DNA of 32,000 bases from Edaphobacter aggregans (GTDB lineage: Bacteria; Acidobacteriota; Terriglobia; Terriglobales; Acidobacteriaceae). The DNA lies in assembly GCF_003945235.1 (NCBI RefSeq), contig NZ_RSDW01000001.1:2730001-2762000 (forward strand). Direction: 5' to 3'. Numbering within the stretch: the stretch's first letter is position 1; every line of letters starts with the position of its first letter. The position numbers and the translations under genes are program-made. Shown here piece after piece: positions 28,104 through 32,000 of this stretch. The notes below the pieces were generated by a model. The model searched no databases. It was not told the origin of the DNA and saw only the letters and a program-made list of their open reading frames with translations.

Positions 28104-28170
28104 GTCTTGCTTAAGGGCACGGCTTCAGCCGTGCCGCAAGACTCTGCGCTTCAAATGCGGCTTTAGCCGC
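28104..28170. repeat. Compound REP-like palindromic element (two hairpins with GGCTTYAGCC cores), possible operon terminator
   Basis: Outer stem GTCTTGC/GCAAGAC (28104-28110 / 28136-28142) encloses the inner perfect stem GGCACGGC-ttca-GCCGTGCC (28116-28135). A second hairpin, GCGGC-ttta-GCCGC, lies at 28157-28170 and is followed by cgcttttcgtt. Confidence 0.6.
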
Positions 28171-28250
28171 TGAGGTACGCTTTTCGTTCCGCACTACTCC
28201 GCGCCAGCAATCCACACCCGAATTGCCGCCGACACCCTCCATCCTCCATC

Positions 28251-29168
28251 ATGGAGCACATGGATCTCGCCACGCTCCCCACCGAAGCCCGCAACCCCGC
28301 CTCCGAGCACATCGACCAACTTCCCACCCTCGACATGCTCCGCATCATCAACGAAGCCGACGCCACCGTCGCCGCCGCCGTAGCCACCGAACTCCCCAAC
28401 ATCGCCAAAGCCGTCGACGCCATCGCAGCCCGCCTCGAACACGGAGGCCGCCTCTTCTACATGGGAGCCGGCACCAGCGGACGGCTCGGCGTGCTCGACG
28501 CCTCCGAGTGCCCACCCACCTTCTCCGTCCCGCCCACACTCGTGCGGGGCATCATCGCCGGCGGAGACTCCGCTCTCCGCACCTCCAGCGAGCGCTCCGA
28601 AGACTCGCCCGAACAAGGAAGCCGCGACCTCATCGCCGCCGACTTCACCAAACAGGACACCCTCGTCGGCATCGCCGCCAGCGGACGCACCCCCTACGTC
28701 CTCGGCGCACTCGCCCACGCCCGCTCCATCGGCGCCTTCACCATCTCCCTCACCTGCGTCCCCAACTCCCAGATGGCCGCCGTCTCCGACATCGCCATCG
28801 CCCCCGTCACGGGCCCCGAAGTCCTCACCGGCAGCACGCGCCTCAAAGCCGGTACCGCCACCAAGCTCGTCCTCAACATGCTGAGCACCGGCATCATGAT
28901 CAAAGCCGGAGCCGTCTACAGCAACCTTATGGTCAACGTACAGCCCACCAACGCCAAACTAGTCGACCGCGCCCAGCGCATCATCGCCGCAGCCACGGGA
29001 GTCGACCAACCCACTGCCGCACACCTGCTCGAACAAGCCGGCTCCGTCAAAACCGCCATCGTCATGCAGAAGCTCTCGCTCAGCCGTTCAGCCGCCGAAG
29101 CCAAACTTCTCGCCGCCCACGGAAGACTGGCCGCAGTTCTCGCAGCTACCGAAGCCACCTCGTCTTAG
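28251..29168 (+). CDS. murQ: N-acetylmuramic acid 6-phosphate etherase
   Basis: SIS-domain motifs GRLFYMGAGTSGRLGVLDASECPPTF and GIAASGRTPYV. The length (305 aa) and N-terminal LPTEARNP...ID are typical of MurQ. Confidence 0.92.
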   Translation: MEHMDLATLPTEARNPASEHIDQLPTLDMLRIINEADATVAAAVATELPNIAKAVDAIAARLEHGGRLFYMGAGTSGRLGVLDASECPPTFSVPPTLVRGIIAGGDSALRTSSERSEDSPEQGSRDLIAADFTKQDTLVGIAASGRTPYVLGALAHARSIGAFTISLTCVPNSQMAAVSDIAIAPVTGPEVLTGSTRLKAGTATKLVLNMLSTGIMIKAGAVYSNLMVNVQPTNAKLVDRAQRIIAAATGVDQPTAAHLLEQAGSVKTAIVMQKLSLSRSAAEAKLLAAHGRLAAVLAATEATSS

Positions 29169-29223
29169 TCAGAAGTGACTCCGGCCCTTACTCTTTCCAG
29201 ACAGTAAGACGCATTACTCAGAA

Positions 29224-30018
29224 TCAGCGCCCACCAGCTTTGGAAGCCGACGCAGAATCACTCTCGCCCTTCACCTCGCAACCGTTCAGCGTGTAATCAA
29301 AGGCAAAGGAGCCCGGTACGGACATATGAATGCGCTGGGGAATCTCGTAAGCGCCAACCTTCTGATAGTCGAGATTCATACTAAGTACAATCTTGCTCGC
29401 ACCGAATTGGATCGTCGAATCGACGTTCCGAAAGCGAAACAACCCATCCTCGCCCGCGACAAAACCCAACGTCGATGCTCCGCTCATCTGTTGAGCTTCA
29501 AAATTGGTTCGCGTGATCCGATAGCTCTTGTCCATCTCAACAACGGCCTTAGCCTCACCCTTAGCCGACTTCATCGCGTATCCTTCCGGCGTTGTCGTCA
29601 GCTCAAAATGCTCTCCGGGTTTCACCTCAAGCAGTCGCCCATACGATTGCGTCCAAAAGATTTGAAAAAAGCCCTGCAACTGCTGGCGAAGTCCATCTGA
29701 CAACTGACTAGTTACGTCACCGTCGATTTTCAGCTCCGTGTGGTTCGCATCACTGGAAACCACCGAGATTTTCAGCCCCTTAAATTTCTCCATCCGGGCT
29801 TTCGTCTCATCCGTCTGCTCAAGCTTCAGCTGTTGGAAGAAGGCATCCCAATTCATCACAACACCGCACGAGATCGAACTTGGTACAGGCCCAGTCAGAT
29901 ACATCGACCGAGCTTTCTCTATCGTCTTGATATCGCTCTCGCTTTGCGCAAGAGCAACCATTGCACTACAAACCAGCAGCAGAGAGACCGCAGCAACACA
30001 TCGAAAACGCAAACTCAC
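29224..30018 (-). CDS. Secreted hypothetical protein
   Basis: A signal-peptide-like segment (SLRFRCVAAVSLLLVCSAMVALAQS) begins at an internal GTG (30018). The track ORF extends to 30090. No assignable domain. Confidence 0.6.
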   Translation of the reverse strand: MSLRFRCVAAVSLLLVCSAMVALAQSESDIKTIEKARSMYLTGPVPSSISCGVVMNWDAFFQQLKLEQTDETKARMEKFKGLKISVVSSDANHTELKIDGDVTSQLSDGLRQQLQGFFQIFWTQSYGRLLEVKPGEHFELTTTPEGYAMKSAKGEAKAVVEMDKSYRITRTNFEAQQMSGASTLGFVAGEDGLFRFRNVDSTIQFGASKIVLSMNLDYQKVGAYEIPQRIHMSVPGSFAFDYTLNGCEVKGESDSASASKAGGR

Positions 30019-30149
30019 AACAAGACCCCTTTGATCGTCAAAAAATAAGCACAACAAGACACGTGAACCATCCGCAACCATCAGCGCCACATCGTCGCGA
30101 CACGCATCTTATTGACGTGGCGACAACATAGCTCGAATATTTTCTCTTT

Positions 30150-31352
30150 ATGGCTTCTATTCGAATCTACACTGTCTTCGCCTCCGCGATGTTAGCATTT
30201 ACCTCCTCAGCAATCGCCCAGCAGGCCACCATGCCCACCAATCCCTACCTCAACCTCATGACCGCCGCCCACGACCACGCCAAAGTCCACGGCGCTCTCA
30301 CTCCGGTCCTCTCGCCCGTCGACGCTACCCTCCTCACCGCCAATCCTCCCGTCGACGTCGCCCAGCTCCACAAAGCCGGCTTCCAGGTCGTTCCCTGGAC
30401 CACCAACGACCCTGAAAAGATGCGCGCGCTCATCAACCTCCGCGTCGACGGCATCATCTCCGACCGCCCCGACCTCCTCCGCGCCGTCGTCAAAGAAGAA
30501 GCCGCCGCCCACCCCGACGACGCCGCCTACTTCGCCACCTTCGACATCTCCGCGCATCGTGGAGGCCGCGGCCTGCGCCCCGAAAACACCCTACCCTCCT
30601 TCGAGTCCGGCCTCGATCAGCTCAGCACCACCCTCGAGACCGACACCGGCGTCTCCACCGACCACGTCTCTCTCATCTGGCACGATCAGTTCTACAGCCC
30701 GCAGTCCTGCCGCCGCGCCGACGGCTCCCCCTATACCCTCGAAAGCCGCGTCTACCTCCGCGACATCTCCAGCACCGAAGCCCAGCGCACCTTCATCTGC
30801 GATAAGCTCCACACCCAGTTCCCCGACCAGAAGAACGACCTCGCCCTCTCGCCCGTGTCCGTGGCCTTCGCCCAACACGAGCACCTCATCAGCCCCTACG
30901 TCCCCACCTACGTCGAGCAGCTCTTCCGCTTCACCGCCTTCTACGTCGACTACTACCGCAACGGCCCCGGCAAATCGCAGCCCAACGCAGCCGAGCGCGC
31001 CGCGAACGCCGAAAAGGTCCGCTTCAACATCGAAACCAAAATCCTCCCGCTCCCCAACGACGAACCCGGCAAGCCCTTGCCTACCGCAACCGGCGAGCCC
31101 ACCACCAACCACACCGTCGACCCGCAAACCTTCGTCACCACCCTAGCCGGAGCCATCGCACGCAACCACATGGAAGACCGCGCCGAAATCCAGAGCTTCG
31201 ACTTCCGCACCCTCATTCTCACCGAAGAGCAGTTCCCCAAGATCCCCACCTACTACCTCACCGCCAGCCCCAAAATGCTGAGCACGGAGTTTGTCCCCGC
31301 CGCCCTCCGCCAGACAACGCCAGCGAATCCGCAACGATCTGGAGCGAATTAA
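30150..31352 (+). CDS. Glycerophosphodiester phosphodiesterase-family protein, secreted, apparently circularly permuted
   Basis: Signal peptide. The canonical N-terminal motif AHRGGRGLRPENTLPSFE sits at residue ~135, preceded by the canonical C-terminal motif VVPWTTNDPEKMRALINLRVDGIISDRPDLL at residue ~80. The mid-domain motifs NIETK and IQSFD lie near the C-terminus. Confidence 0.8.
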   Translation: MASIRIYTVFASAMLAFTSSAIAQQATMPTNPYLNLMTAAHDHAKVHGALTPVLSPVDATLLTANPPVDVAQLHKAGFQVVPWTTNDPEKMRALINLRVDGIISDRPDLLRAVVKEEAAAHPDDAAYFATFDISAHRGGRGLRPENTLPSFESGLDQLSTTLETDTGVSTDHVSLIWHDQFYSPQSCRRADGSPYTLESRVYLRDISSTEAQRTFICDKLHTQFPDQKNDLALSPVSVAFAQHEHLISPYVPTYVEQLFRFTAFYVDYYRNGPGKSQPNAAERAANAEKVRFNIETKILPLPNDEPGKPLPTATGEPTTNHTVDPQTFVTTLAGAIARNHMEDRAEIQSFDFRTLILTEEQFPKIPTYYLTASPKMLSTEFVPAALRQTTPANPQRSGAN

Positions 31353-31379
31353 AAGCTTCCGACCGGAGCAACAACCAAA

Positions 31380-32000
31380 CTACTTGCCGGTCTCGATCGC
31401 CAGACTATCGCGCGAGACCGGCGTTCCGTGAACCCAGACCGTGACGATGCTGTCGTACGCATCCACGCTCTCCAGCGGAGACTTCTTCAGCAGAACAAGA
31501 TTCGCAGTCTTTCCCGGCTCAATCGTTCCGAGTTGCCCATCGAGCTTGAACTCCCGCGCATTGCTGATCGTGGCCGCCTTGAAGATCTGTGCCAACGACA
31601 ATCCAGCCTTTTGCAGTTGCTGCATCTCAAGATAGCCATTCAACCCCGGAAGATTTCCATACGTCGGAGCCGACGGAGTGTCCGTGCCAAACAGAAAGTT
31701 GGCATCTTTACTGGCCAGATAAGCAACCACCTGACGCCCGTGCCGAAGCGGACCGTTGTCAAACGCCTGGGCCATGGCAGCGTCCGGTGTGTCGTCGTTC
31801 ACTAACTCTTTCTTGAACCCCTTACCTTCGGGAGTATTGAACCACGCCAGCATCGTGCCAGGCACAACCTTGGAGATAGCAGCCGTCTTCAGATATTCCG
31901 GGTCAAAATACGCGCGCAGACCCTCCAGCACCTGCAACGTGGCCTGATACCCAATCTTCTTTTCCACGATCCGATCGAGCAGCTGTTTGATCTCATCCGG
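31380..32000 (-). CDS. Amidohydrolase-family protein, C-terminal part (5' end lies beyond the window)
   Basis: C-terminal motif GTIEPGKTANLVLLKKSPLE...VWVHGTPV. The frame stays open from 31967 to the window end (…PDEIKQLLDRIV…), and the N-terminal metal-binding half is missing. Confidence 0.8.
   Translation of the reverse strand, partial: PDEIKQLLDRIVEKKIGYQATLQVLEGLRAYFDPEYLKTAAISKVVPGTMLAWFNTPEGKGFKKELVNDDTPDAAMAQAFDNGPLRHGRQVVAYLASKDANFLFGTDTPSAPTYGNLPGLNGYLEMQQLQKAGLSLAQIFKAATISNAREFKLDGQLGTIEPGKTANLVLLKKSPLESVDAYDSIVTVWVHGTPVSRDSLAIETGK

Noticed and set aside
28223-29296. 357-aa Arg/Pro/His-rich ORF
   Set aside because: An alternate frame of murQ on the same strand. Its extreme R/P/H composition is a frame artefact of C-rich coding DNA. 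MurQ SIS motifs identify the true frame.
30559-31146. 195-aa Pro/Ser/Thr-rich ORF, with other ORFs overlapping 30207-31334
   Set aside because: Off-frame or antisense to the GDPD gene. Low-complexity products with no start-site support.

Overview
High-GC (~60%) bacterial chromosomal segment. Its gene content suggests Acidobacteriota (inference only): carboxypeptidase-regulatory-like repeat protein, YXWGXW-repeat protein, several secreted amidohydrolases, GH31, S9 peptidase. I support about 31 CDSs. They include a DesK/NarL-type two-component pair, a DPP-IV-like S9 peptidase, a TrmJ-like methyltransferase, dnaG, rpoD, GH31, a Zn-ADH, an ArsR-SRPBCC-membrane operon, murQ and a GDPD-family enzyme. 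I recognised no rRNA, tRNA, CRISPR array, transposase or integrase. Four things stand out. (1) dnaG and rpoD, which are normally adjacent, are separated by a ~4.8 kb lower-GC insertion. It carries a polytopic membrane protein, a GT2, a Wzx-like flippase and an AbrB-antitoxin/Doc-toxin pair with a third, translationally coupled small zinc-ribbon-like ORF. That possible three-gene Doc module is my best candidate for something undescribed. (2) The strand composition (G/T versus C/A at third codon positions) flips polarity across the same interval. The direction of the flip matches converging replication forks (terminus) or an inversion breakpoint. (3) The GDPD-family protein looks circularly permuted. 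(4) Several structured non-coding elements are visible: a tandem 5-6-5 palindrome over the arsR start, a palindromic AT-rich TA promoter, and a compound REP-like hairpin. All functional calls rest on motif recognition by eye. No database search was run, and many long antisense or alternate-frame ORFs in the track are rejected as high-GC shadow ORFs.
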